Positions 46,898-55,276 are shown, counted from the first letter of the stretch. The stretch: 64,000 nt of DNA from Clostridia bacterium (GCA_045534265.1 JAZSJH010000005.1:22234-86233), one strand, 5' to 3'. Notes: generated from the sequence alone by a model not told the origin. A program made the numbers and translations.

Positions 46898-47500
46898 ATG
46901 AATTTAGAAGAATATAATAAAGTTAAAAATTTTACATACCTTGAATATTGTGATTATTTGCAACAAAAATATGGTATAGGCGTTTGTGATTATATGACAA
47001 AAGCATATAATAAAAGGCCAAAGATTTCTAGAAGTAAAGAAGGTTTATTTGTTCACCACAAATTTGAAGACCATGCAATATTACTTTCAAATAAAAAATT
47101 TGCAATGGTAAACCCTTTTGAATGGCAATTTGCTGAAAATATGGTTTATTGTGATTATTTAGAACATTTATTATTACATGTTTTAATTTGTGAAAAACCA
47201 GCAAAAGATAAAAATAAATTTGAAGCTGTTGGAATAGGTGGCTTTTTTATAATTATTTCAACTCTAAATGATTTTTATAGTGGTTGGAATACGGAAAAAT
47301 TAACTTGGCTACAAACTTGTTTAGAAAAAGTATCAAAAGATAAAAATGTTTACCTTGAAATTATTAAACGATTTAAACATAATTGCAACAAACATCCTCA
47401 TTACACAGAAGACTGTCTTTATAGGAGTTATAATTCTCAATTAGGAAATTGGTCTATTGAAAATAATAAACAACTTTTTAAGGAAATAAAACAGCTTTAA
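46898..47500 (+). CDS. uncharacterised 200-aa protein with HNH/His-Me-finger-like motif, co-operonic with the AbiH-like gene
   Basis: AGAGG RBS, 18 nt after the upstream stop. EGLFVHHKFEDH...ENMVYCDYLEHLLLH resembles the HH..N..H...H spacing of HNH nucleases, but lacks the zinc Cys pairs. Otherwise unrecognised. Confidence 0.55.
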   Translation: MNLEEYNKVKNFTYLEYCDYLQQKYGIGVCDYMTKAYNKRPKISRSKEGLFVHHKFEDHAILLSNKKFAMVNPFEWQFAENMVYCDYLEHLLLHVLICEKPAKDKNKFEAVGIGGFFIIISTLNDFYSGWNTEKLTWLQTCLEKVSKDKNVYLEIIKRFKHNCNKHPHYTEDCLYRSYNSQLGNWSIENNKQLFKEIKQL

Positions 47501-47524
47501 AAATTAGAGTTAAGTTTCTTATGC

Positions 47525-47565
47525 TCCACCAACTAAATGCCGAGTTTATCGGCATTTTTTTATTA
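47525..47565 (+). repeat. 41-bp direct repeat, right copy
   Basis: Identical to 45632-45672. It provides the terminator for the islet operon. Confidence 0.95.
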
Positions 47566-47884
47566 TAAAAAATAAAAATGGAGTTTCGAAATTAAGTTTT
47601 ACCCTTAATTTTACCCTTAAAATATATAACGAAAAATACAAGTGTTCGCTTGTATTTTTTTGCATATCCTATTTGAATAATTAGCAAACGTGCTGATACT
47701 GGTCTTGTGCAACCTGTAAGTGGTGTTATAGTAAGGGCAGTGGCATTGCCTGCTGTAAAAAAATGTCAATTGTTGGGCAAGTTGAATTTATACAAAAAAT
47801 ATTTTGATATATAAGGTACTTTTTCAAAATATTAGTTGTAAAAAGTGGGTTTTAATTGTACAATATTTTTGGAGGGCGAAAGTT

Positions 47885-49252
47885 ATGAATTATGATGTAA
47901 TTATAATCGGGGCAGGTCCGGGGGGCATTTTTTCAGCCTACGAACTTGCAAAAAATAACAAAGACATAAAAATTGCTGTTTTTGAGGCAGGTAGCGCCCT
48001 AAAAGATAGAAAATGTCCTATAGATGGCAAAAAAATTACTTCTTGTATTGGCTGTAAAAGTTGCAGTATTATGAGTGGTTTTGGCGGAGCGGGAGCCTTT
48101 TCGGATGGAAAGTATAATATAACTAATGACTTTGGTGGTACGCTTTACGAATATGTTGGCAAAGAAAATGCCATAAGCCTTATGGAATATGTTGACAAAA
48201 TCAATGTAGAAAATGGTGGAGAGTGTACAAAACTATACTCAACAGGTGGTAGCGGGCTAAAAAGAGAATGTATCAAACACGACTTGCATTTGTTAGATGC
48301 AAAAGTTAGACATTTGGGTACAGATATTAACTATGTTGTATTAGAAAATATTTATAATAAATTAAAAGACGTTGTTGATTTTTATTTCAACACAACAGTA
48401 GATAGTGTAAGCAAAATACAAGACGGCTACGAAGTAAAATGCAAAGACAAGACATATTCTTGTTCAAATTGTATTGTGTCAGTTGGTCGCAGCGGTAGCA
48501 AATGGATGGAAAAAGTTTGCAGCGACCTAAACATTAAGACTAAGTCAAATAGAGTAGATATTGGCGTTAGAGTTGAACTTCCGGCTAATGTTTTTGCTCA
48601 TATAACAGATGAACTATATGAAAGCAAGATTGTTTATTGTACCGAAAAGTATGGTGATAAGGTAAGAACTTTTTGTATGAACCCAAGAGGCGTGGTTGTT
48701 AACGAAAACACAAATGGCATAATTACTGTTAATGGTCATAGCTATCACGGAGAAGAGTCAAAAACAGATAATACTAACTTTGCACTACTTGTATCAAAAC
48801 AATTTTCAGAGCCTTTCAAAGACTCTAATGGTTATGGTGAGTCAATAGCAAGACTTAGCAATATGTTAGGTGGCGGGGTTTTGGTTCAAAGATTTGGCGA
48901 CCTTATTCGTGGCAGAAGATCTACTGTTTCGCGTATGAGAGATGCGTTTATCACACCAACTCTAAAGGCAACTCCGGGTGACCTTAGTTTGGTTCTTCCA
49001 AAAAGAATACTAGACGGTATTATTGAGATGATATATGCTTTGGACAAAATAGCTCCGGGAACTGCAAATGATGATACATTGCTATATGGGGTAGAAGTTA
49101 AGTTTTATAATATGGAAGTTGAGGTAAACGAAAGCTTAGAAACTTGCCACAAAGGTTTGTATATCATAGGTGATGGTAGCGGTATAACTCACTCACTATC
49201 TCATGCATCAGCTAGCGGCGTACATGTTGCAAGAGCAATTCTTAATAAATAA
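47885..49252 (+). CDS. FAD-dependent oxidoreductase (COG2509-like uncharacterised dehydrogenase)
   Basis: YDVIIIGAGPGGIFSAYELA dinucleotide-binding motif, C-terminal GLYIIGDGSG, and a central Cys cluster CPIDGKKITSCIGCKSC. GGAGGG RBS before ATG 47885. Confidence 0.72.
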   Translation: MNYDVIIIGAGPGGIFSAYELAKNNKDIKIAVFEAGSALKDRKCPIDGKKITSCIGCKSCSIMSGFGGAGAFSDGKYNITNDFGGTLYEYVGKENAISLMEYVDKINVENGGECTKLYSTGGSGLKRECIKHDLHLLDAKVRHLGTDINYVVLENIYNKLKDVVDFYFNTTVDSVSKIQDGYEVKCKDKTYSCSNCIVSVGRSGSKWMEKVCSDLNIKTKSNRVDIGVRVELPANVFAHITDELYESKIVYCTEKYGDKVRTFCMNPRGVVVNENTNGIITVNGHSYHGEESKTDNTNFALLVSKQFSEPFKDSNGYGESIARLSNMLGGGVLVQRFGDLIRGRRSTVSRMRDAFITPTLKATPGDLSLVLPKRILDGIIEMIYALDKIAPGTANDDTLLYGVEVKFYNMEVEVNESLETCHKGLYIIGDGSGITHSLSHASASGVHVARAILNK

Positions 49253-49371
49253 TAAGTAAAAATGTAGGATAATTCCTGCATTTTTGTTTTTATATTTTCG
49301 CAATTGCTTTTTGTTTTGCCAAAGTTGTGTTATACTAACAAAAGTAATATTAATACATTAAGGAAAAATAT

Positions 49372-49692
49372 ATGGTAGGAAAATACAAAGTAATTACCTT
49401 GTGTGGTAGTACAAAGTTCAAAGACGATTTTATACGTGAGCAAAAGAGACTTTCGCTAGAGGGTAATATTATTATTTCTGTTGGTATGTTTGGTCATAGC
49501 GGCGATAATGAGGTGTGGACAGAGGATATAAAGGCTATGCTGGATGATATGCACAAAAGAAAGATTGATATGTCGGACGAAATATTTGTTATCAACAAAG
49601 GCGGGTATATAGGACAAAGTACTAGGTCAGAAATTGAATATGCCACAAAGACTGGTAAAAAAGTAAATTATATGGAGCCGATTAAAGAATAA
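49372..49692 (+). CDS. small Rossmann-like protein (nucleoside 2-deoxyribosyltransferase-like), function unknown
   Basis: 106 aa. ITLCGSTKFKDDF ... VINKGGYIGQSTRSEIEYATKTGKKV is a pattern I recognise from a family of small, often phage-associated proteins, but I cannot name the family. Confidence 0.5.
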   Translation: MVGKYKVITLCGSTKFKDDFIREQKRLSLEGNIIISVGMFGHSGDNEVWTEDIKAMLDDMHKRKIDMSDEIFVINKGGYIGQSTRSEIEYATKTGKKVNYMEPIKE

Positions 49693-49746
49693 CAAAAATC
49701 ATATATTTTTAATTAAAAAATATTAAAGACAAAAGGAAGATTATTT

Positions 49747-50715
49747 ATGAATTATACAATTCTTGGTTGCGGTAGATGGGGCAGTTTTATTGCTTGGTAT
49801 CTAGACAAAAATGGACACAAAGTAACAACTTGGGGTATAGAGAGTGACCCATATGTTGTTGACTTTTTCAAAACAAGAAAAAACTCTTATGTAGAGTTTC
49901 CAGAAAGCATTGAGCTAACTAACGACCTAAAATATGCTTTGAGCAAAAACGATAATGTTATTATCTCAATCAGTTCTCAAGCTCTTCGTGGACTTATGAA
50001 ATCTGTTGCAGAAGTAGAAGGCTACAAAGATAAAAATTATATCATTTGTATGAAAGGTATAGAAGAAACAACAGGTAGTAGATTGTCTGAAGTTATAGCA
50101 GGTGCGGGCGTTGATAAAAATCATATTGCAACTTGGGTAGGACCTGGGCATATACAAGAGTTTACAAGAGGCGTGCCGGGAGTTATGATAGTCGACTCTT
50201 ATAACAAAGACTTGTCAAAACTTTTGGTTGATGACCTAAAGAGCGATTTGATTAGATATTATCAAGGCAACGACATGATTGGTACAGAAATCGGCGCTGC
50301 AGCAAAAAATGTTATGGGTATAGCTGCAGGTATGCTAGATGGGGCAGATATATCATCTCTTAAAGGTGCACTTATGGCTCGTGGTACAAGAGAGATAGCA
50401 AGACTTATCAAAGCTGTTGGTGGTAATGAATTATCTGCTTATGGATTGTGTCATTTGGGCGATTATGAAGCAACTCTATTTAGTCTTCATTCACACAACA
50501 GAAAATTTGGTGAATTGTTTGTAAAAGGCGAAAGGTTTGATAAACTAGCCGAAGGCGTAGCAACTGTAAAAGCTCTACTAAAACTTGCCGAAAACTATGA
50601 CGTTGACCTTCCTATAACAAAAATTGTTAGCGAAATAATAGATGGAAATAAAGATACAAAGGTGGCTTTGATGGACCTTTTTGCAAGACCTAACAAAGAA
50701 GAGTTTTATTATTAA
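49747..50715 (+). CDS. gpsA: NAD(P)H-dependent glycerol-3-phosphate dehydrogenase
   Basis: ILGCGRWGSFIAWYL Rossmann motif, GPGHIQE, and AAKNVMGIAAGMLDG. Confidence 0.82.
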   Translation: MNYTILGCGRWGSFIAWYLDKNGHKVTTWGIESDPYVVDFFKTRKNSYVEFPESIELTNDLKYALSKNDNVIISISSQALRGLMKSVAEVEGYKDKNYIICMKGIEETTGSRLSEVIAGAGVDKNHIATWVGPGHIQEFTRGVPGVMIVDSYNKDLSKLLVDDLKSDLIRYYQGNDMIGTEIGAAAKNVMGIAAGMLDGADISSLKGALMARGTREIARLIKAVGGNELSAYGLCHLGDYEATLFSLHSHNRKFGELFVKGERFDKLAEGVATVKALLKLAENYDVDLPITKIVSEIIDGNKDTKVALMDLFARPNKEEFYY

Positions 50716-50731
50716 AATATATATAACAAAC

Positions 50732-50766
50732 AAAAAAACAAGCATTAACTTTTGCTTGTTTTTTTG
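50732..50766. terminator. bidirectional terminator between gpsA and the NUDIX gene
   Basis: A-run, ACAAGCA-ttaacttt-TGCTTGT, T-run. Confidence 0.8.
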
Positions 50767-50789
50767 TTAGGTTTTTTATTAAAAAATAA

Positions 50790-51308
50790 TTAGTCTAAGA
50801 TAACTCCGTATTGGTTTTTTAGATCAAATAAACTTAGAATAAAAGATTCTACATAAGGCAAAAATTCGCCGTTGTCAAAAAGCTCTTTTATATCTTCTTT
50901 TGATGCCCATTTTATAGCCTGAACTTCGTCTTCTTGCAAAGTTAAGCTGTCAAGGTTTGGATTTATAGTCAAAAAGTAATAATCATCAAAACCATTTTCA
51001 AAGTTTATTGTAAAGTGTGGACGAATATTTGAAAAATCAATATCAATGCCAAGTTCTTCGTATAACTCACGACTAGCACTTTCGCTACTACTTTCGCCAG
51101 TGGTTACGTTTCCGCCAGCAGTTATATCCCACATATCTGGCCATAACTTTTTGCAACTGGCTCTTTGTTGAATTAACATTTCGCCGTTTTGGTTAAAAAT
51201 GCAAATATGTATAACTGTTCTGTGTTCGCCATCTTTTAGTTTTGTTCCCCTTGGGTAAGAATAACCAAGTAGTTTTCTGTTTTTGTCATAAACATCAAAT
51301 CTTTCCAT
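50790..51308 (-). CDS. NUDIX hydrolase
   Basis: Nudix box GGNVTTGESSSESASRELYEELGI (Gx5Ex7REUxEExGU). Confidence 0.85.
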   Translation of the reverse strand: MERFDVYDKNRKLLGYSYPRGTKLKDGEHRTVIHICIFNQNGEMLIQQRASCKKLWPDMWDITAGGNVTTGESSSESASRELYEELGIDIDFSNIRPHFTINFENGFDDYYFLTINPNLDSLTLQEDEVQAIKWASKEDIKELFDNGEFLPYVESFILSLFDLKNQYGVILD

Positions 51309-51364
51309 AAAAACTCCTTATTTATGGAATAATAATAGCATATATTAGGTTTTTTATCTATTAT

Positions 51365-51508
51365 TTAGTTTATTTTATTTTGGTTTTTAGGTAAAAAGTG
51401 AATAAAACTTCCGGTTTTATTGCCTTTGATAGTTGGTTTATATCCTGCTTTTATAAGTGTTTCATCTAGTTTTTTTATCCAAATATCTGCTTTTGTTAGT
51501 TTTTGCAT
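51365..51508 (-). CDS. micro-ORF, 47 aa (MQKLTKADIWIKKLDETLIKAGYKPTIKGNKTGSFIHFLPKNQNKIN)
   Basis: Not in the ORF track. AAAGGTG RBS 6 nt before the ATG. It starts 18 nt after the stop of the wHTH gene. Confidence 0.35.
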   Translation of the reverse strand: MQKLTKADIWIKKLDETLIKAGYKPTIKGNKTGSFIHFLPKNQNKIN

Positions 51509-51526
51509 ATATCACACCTTTACAAT

Positions 51527-51778
51527 TTAGAAAAACATTTGATAAGATTTTTCTTTATCCATATACATTCCGCCACCTTTTAACTTGACGATAGGGTAGC
51601 CAAACTCTATAAGATAATCTACATTTCTGCCGATTGTCTTGCGGTCACAAGGAATATCCATAGAGTTTAGGACTTTTGCCATATTGGTACAGGTTATTGG
51701 TTTTTCTTTTGATGAGCCAAGATTTAGCATTTTTAGTACATATAGAATAATTGTCTTTTTTGCGATTGGTTTTTTCAT
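51527..51778 (-). CDS. stand-alone winged-helix DNA-binding protein (83 aa) resembling the N-terminal wHTH of WYL/BrxR/CapW-type regulators
   Basis: KKTIILYVLKMLNLGSSKEKPITCTNMAKVLNSMDIPCDRKTIGRNVDYLIEFGYPIV follows the LLYLLKIL..T...HPLT..EI...L...GI...RK.I..DI..L...G pattern. No WYL domain follows it. Confidence 0.5.
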   Translation of the reverse strand: MKKPIAKKTIILYVLKMLNLGSSKEKPITCTNMAKVLNSMDIPCDRKTIGRNVDYLIEFGYPIVKLKGGGMYMDKEKSYQMFF

Positions 51779-51851
51779 TGTGACTACCTTTTTTAGATTT
51801 GATGTTTTTGTTCTGATAATTAACTATTAGACGGGTTTTGGTTATTTCCTT

Positions 51852-52265
51852 TTACTTTTTGATATTTTTTAGACCTTCTGGGTATTTAATGCTATTATGT
51901 GTAACTCTATACAAAAAGTCCATTTGGCTTTCGCCTTCTTTAGGATAAAAAGAAAAGTAGATGACAAATAGTTCTGCATATGGTTGTCCATTTTTTGTAT
52001 AGGCATATGCCAGTTCATATTCGTCTATTAATCCTAGACGTCCTTTTGCATCTAAACTTCCTGTTCTTACGCCTTCTATAAGGTGGGCGTTAGTTATACC
52101 TTCATAGTCGGGCAATGCACTTCTGATAAACTCAATTTGTTCGTATGGAGAAGGGACTTCTATAGGGTTTTCTTTTTCGTATCCGTAGCCCTTTCTTTCG
52201 GGCATAAGTACCTTTATAAATGCTGATTGCTGTAATTCTGTTAAATTTTCTTTTGGTGTTGACAT
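51852..52265 (-). CDS. hypothetical protein (137 aa)
   Basis: AAGGGGA RBS. The start is 3 nt after the upstream stop. No motif recognised. Confidence 0.5.
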   Translation of the reverse strand: MSTPKENLTELQQSAFIKVLMPERKGYGYEKENPIEVPSPYEQIEFIRSALPDYEGITNAHLIEGVRTGSLDAKGRLGLIDEYELAYAYTKNGQPYAELFVIYFSFYPKEGESQMDFLYRVTHNSIKYPEGLKNIKK

Positions 52266-52268
52266 ATT

Positions 52269-52586
52269 TTAATTCCCCTTATTTTCTTCGTTTTTATTGT
52301 TTTCTGTTATTTGTGGCGGGTTGTTTGCATTTTGTTTTGCTGGCTTTTCTGCCATTATTGCTTTTCCGATAAAGTAATAAAGTACAGCTGGGGCAAATCC
52401 TGCAGTTCCAATGGCGTCAGAACCTGTAGCTACTCTTATGATGATAAAGATAATAGCACAAACAATGCAGTTTATTAGAGAATATTTTTTTGCATCTTTT
52501 TCTGGGATTTTACCTTCACTTAGATAGTAAAAAAATGGAAAGGCAAGATATACAACAACCGTAATTAGTAGCGATAAAAAAATCAT
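52269..52586 (-). CDS. small membrane protein (105 aa, ~3 TM)
   Basis: Strong GGAGG RBS. Hydrophobic helices and a polar N/K/E tail. Confidence 0.5.
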   Translation of the reverse strand: MIFLSLLITVVVYLAFPFFYYLSEGKIPEKDAKKYSLINCIVCAIIFIIIRVATGSDAIGTAGFAPAVLYYFIGKAIMAEKPAKQNANNPPQITENNKNEENKGN

Positions 52587-52716
52587 ATTAACCTCCTTCT
52601 ATTATAATTATAACATTTTGGCTATACCAAAACTCGACCAAGGGTGATTTTTTCAAAATTTTAGGCAATGGTGGACTAATTTTTATTTCTTTGGTATAAT
52701 AAAAATAGGAGTAAAA

Positions 52717-53388
52717 ATGAAAGCTGTTATTTTTGATTTTGACGGTACTATAGCAAAAAGCAAAGAAAATATATGGAAAAATATTTTTATGCTTTTGGGA
52801 TATGATGCGTCTGGTGAAAATTGTGAATATAAAACTCAATATAGAAATTTTTTGTCTGGCAAAATCAATTATCAGCAGTGGTGTGACCAGACTAGAGATT
52901 GTTATAAGGTAAAAGGATTTTCAAAAGATATGTTTTATACTCTTGCAGAAGATATAAAGGTTTTGCCGGGGGTAGAAAATGTTTTTAAGACTTTGCATAA
53001 TAAAGGTATAAAAATTTGTATTGTTAGCGGAAATTTTGTTGAGATTATACAACAAGTTTTAGCGGACTTGAAAAAATATGTTTATATCATCAGTGCAAAT
53101 ACGATTGAATTTGATGATAATAACATAATATCTAAAATCAGTGGTACAAAATATGATTTTTATGGTAAGGCTAAATTTATAGAAGATTTTTGCAACGCTA
53201 ATAAAATCAATGCCAAAGATATTTTGTTTGTTGGAAATAGCGATAATGACGAATGGGCATATATGTCGGGCTGTATAACATTGTGTGTAAATCCAGATAA
53301 AACAGATTGCAAAGATAACAAAAAATGGCATTATTATATAGAAAATATGAAATCTTTAGAAGAGATTTTGCCATATGTAAAAAAATAA
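52717..53388 (+). CDS. HAD superfamily hydrolase (phosphoserine-phosphatase-like subfamily IB)
   Basis: Motif I AVIFDFDGTIA, motif II IVSGN, and motif III/IV K...VGNSDNDE. Confidence 0.8.
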   Translation: MKAVIFDFDGTIAKSKENIWKNIFMLLGYDASGENCEYKTQYRNFLSGKINYQQWCDQTRDCYKVKGFSKDMFYTLAEDIKVLPGVENVFKTLHNKGIKICIVSGNFVEIIQQVLADLKKYVYIISANTIEFDDNNIISKISGTKYDFYGKAKFIEDFCNANKINAKDILFVGNSDNDEWAYMSGCITLCVNPDKTDCKDNKKWHYYIENMKSLEEILPYVKK

Positions 53389-53403
53389 AGGAGAATAAAA
53401 AAA

Positions 53404-54147
53404 ATGATAGTATATTTAACAAGTTGTTTAGATTTATATGAAAAAGACGAAGAAGGCAATAGAATCCCGCACCACTTCGGCAACGAAAACCATATTTTGG
53501 ATAACCTAAAAAGACACATAAAAAAGTATGATAACTTTTTGTTTGTAGCCAGTGACGAACACAACCACGAAGCTACAGATATGTATGCCGAAAAAACTTT
53601 TGAATCTTTTGAATTAACGCTTCCTTTTGGTCGTTATGATATCTTGGACGGAAGAACAAAAGATAGGGCAGATGAACTTTTGCAAAATGCTGATTTTATA
53701 TTTGTTTGCGGCGGTCACGTACCTACTCAAAATGACTTTTTCAAAAATATCAACTTGAGAGAAAAAATAAAGCAGACAAAGGCAGTTATCTTAGGTGGCT
53801 CAGCTGGTAGTATGAACTCTGCAGATGTTGTATATTGTCCGCCAGAACTAGAAGGCGAAAGTTTAGCCCCTGATTTCAAAAGATATTTCCCTGGGCTTGG
53901 TCTTTCAAACATAAATATTTATCCACATTGGAACAAACTAAAAGATGAAATGTTAGACGGCAAAAGAATGACCGAAGATATCGTACTTCCGGATAGCTAT
54001 GACATTGATATCTTGGTGCTAGATGATGGAAGTTACGTTTTGCACGAAAACGACAAAACAACGGTTTATGGCTCTGCTTACCTTATGAAAAATGGCACAA
54101 TCACCCAAATTTGCGAAAAAGAGCAAACTATCCCTTACTCAAACTAA
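53404..54147 (+). CDS. peptidase S51 (dipeptidase E-like) family protein
   Basis: FVCGGHVPTQNDFF...AVILGGSAGSMN matches the GGN...G.SAG nucleophile elbow of S51. Confidence 0.65.
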   Translation: MIVYLTSCLDLYEKDEEGNRIPHHFGNENHILDNLKRHIKKYDNFLFVASDEHNHEATDMYAEKTFESFELTLPFGRYDILDGRTKDRADELLQNADFIFVCGGHVPTQNDFFKNINLREKIKQTKAVILGGSAGSMNSADVVYCPPELEGESLAPDFKRYFPGLGLSNINIYPHWNKLKDEMLDGKRMTEDIVLPDSYDIDILVLDDGSYVLHENDKTTVYGSAYLMKNGTITQICEKEQTIPYSN

Positions 54148-54247
54148 AAACCAGCAGAACTTAGTATGTAATTATTTGTATATAAGAAAGTGTAATATTG
54201 CACTTTCTTTTTTTGTCAAAATGTGTTTTTGTTTCATATATCATATT

Positions 54248-55255
54248 ATGAACAAACTGATAATTAACACAAAAAATCTAATACATAATGTAAAGTCTAT
54301 TAAGACAAAACTTGGTAACAAACTTTTTTGTGCCGTTGTCAAAGCTGATGCTTATGGGCACGGGGTAGAAAACATTGTTCCTTTTATAGATGAGTATGTA
54401 GACTATTATGCTGTTGCAAGCGTAAAAGAAGGCGTTAGTTTGCGGGCACTTACTAATAAAAACATTTTGGTTTTGGGTGCTTTTGAAATGTGCGAAATTG
54501 AGCCCGCATATGCTTGTGATTTATCTTTGAGTATTTATAGTGATTTGAGCTTAAAAAGGCTTATAAAGGCAAATAAAGCCGTCAAAACGCATATAAAAGT
54601 CAATACGGGAATGAATAGACTAGGTTTTTCGATAGATTCGCTTGAGGATGTAAAAAGAAAAATTGATAGTAGCAGTAACATTATTTTGCAAGGTATATAT
54701 TCGCATATATACGATAACGAAAGCAATGATGATTTAGAAAAACAAAAACAGGTTTTTGTAAAGGCTGTAGATATTTTTGGCGAAAACATTATTTCACACC
54801 TGTCATCAAGTGGTGGCGTGGATAAAATAAAGGATTTTGATATGGTAAGGGTGGGGCTTTCTTTGTATGGTTACCCGAGTGGTAAGCCAGTTATGAGTAT
54901 AGAAAGCTCAGTTGCTATGATAACAAAACTTTCTTGCGGTGATAAAGTAGGGTATGGCGGAACATATACAGCAAAGGGTGACGAATATATAGCTACAATT
55001 CCGCTAGGGTATTATGACGGCTTGCCACTGGCACTTTCAAACAAGGGTTATGTGTATATAAAAGGTCAAAAATATCCTATTGTCGGGCGGGTATGTATGG
55101 ATATGTTTATGTGTAGAGTTTCAAAAGAAATATGTACGGGCGATAATGTTTTGGTTTTTTGGTCAGCTAGCAAATGGTCCGCAATAAAAAACACCCACGA
55201 ATGGGAAATTTTGACATCAATTAAGAAAAATCGGCTAAAAGTTGTTTTTAGATGA
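54248..55255 (+). CDS. alr: alanine racemase
   Basis: PLP-binding motif CAVVKADAYGHG, plus GYYDG and GRVCMDM. The track start at 54092 overlaps the previous gene. ATG 54248 gives the canonical N-terminus. Confidence 0.9.
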   Translation: MNKLIINTKNLIHNVKSIKTKLGNKLFCAVVKADAYGHGVENIVPFIDEYVDYYAVASVKEGVSLRALTNKNILVLGAFEMCEIEPAYACDLSLSIYSDLSLKRLIKANKAVKTHIKVNTGMNRLGFSIDSLEDVKRKIDSSSNIILQGIYSHIYDNESNDDLEKQKQVFVKAVDIFGENIISHLSSSGGVDKIKDFDMVRVGLSLYGYPSGKPVMSIESSVAMITKLSCGDKVGYGGTYTAKGDEYIATIPLGYYDGLPLALSNKGYVYIKGQKYPIVGRVCMDMFMCRVSKEICTGDNVLVFWSASKWSAIKNTHEWEILTSIKKNRLKVVFR

Positions 55256-55276
55256 TATTTGTGTTATAATATAGTT

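Larger units (their letters stand above)
45632..47565 (+). mobile_element. tRNA-Lys-associated genomic islet (two-gene cargo, no recombinase) bounded by 41-bp perfect direct repeats
   Basis: att-like duplication of the tRNA 3' end. It has an internal promoter and a cargo operon. It looks lower in G+C than its flanks by eye. No integrase or transposase ORF is present. Confidence 0.5.

Noticed and set aside
51365-51508. HicA-like toxin assignment for the 47-aa micro-ORF (..KTGSFIHF..)
   Set aside because: The resemblance to the HicA GSH motif is superficial. The catalytic His position is not matched, and no HicB-like partner is present. It is kept only as an unassigned micro-ORF.
52588-52839. 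Minus-strand ORF 52588-52839 (83 aa)
   Set aside because: It overlaps the start of the well-supported HAD hydrolase gene and its promoter region, has no RBS, and has a low-complexity, A+T-driven composition.
54092-54247. Long N-terminal extension of alr (track start 54092), and similar extensions for murE (139), murD (2619), ftsW (3838), the TtcA-like gene (37793), the oxidoreductase (47804), the TrpF-like gene (31629) and the AbiH-like gene (45749)
   Set aside because: The extensions overlap the preceding gene or lack an RBS. Internal ATGs preceded by AGGAG/GGAGG give the canonical N-termini.
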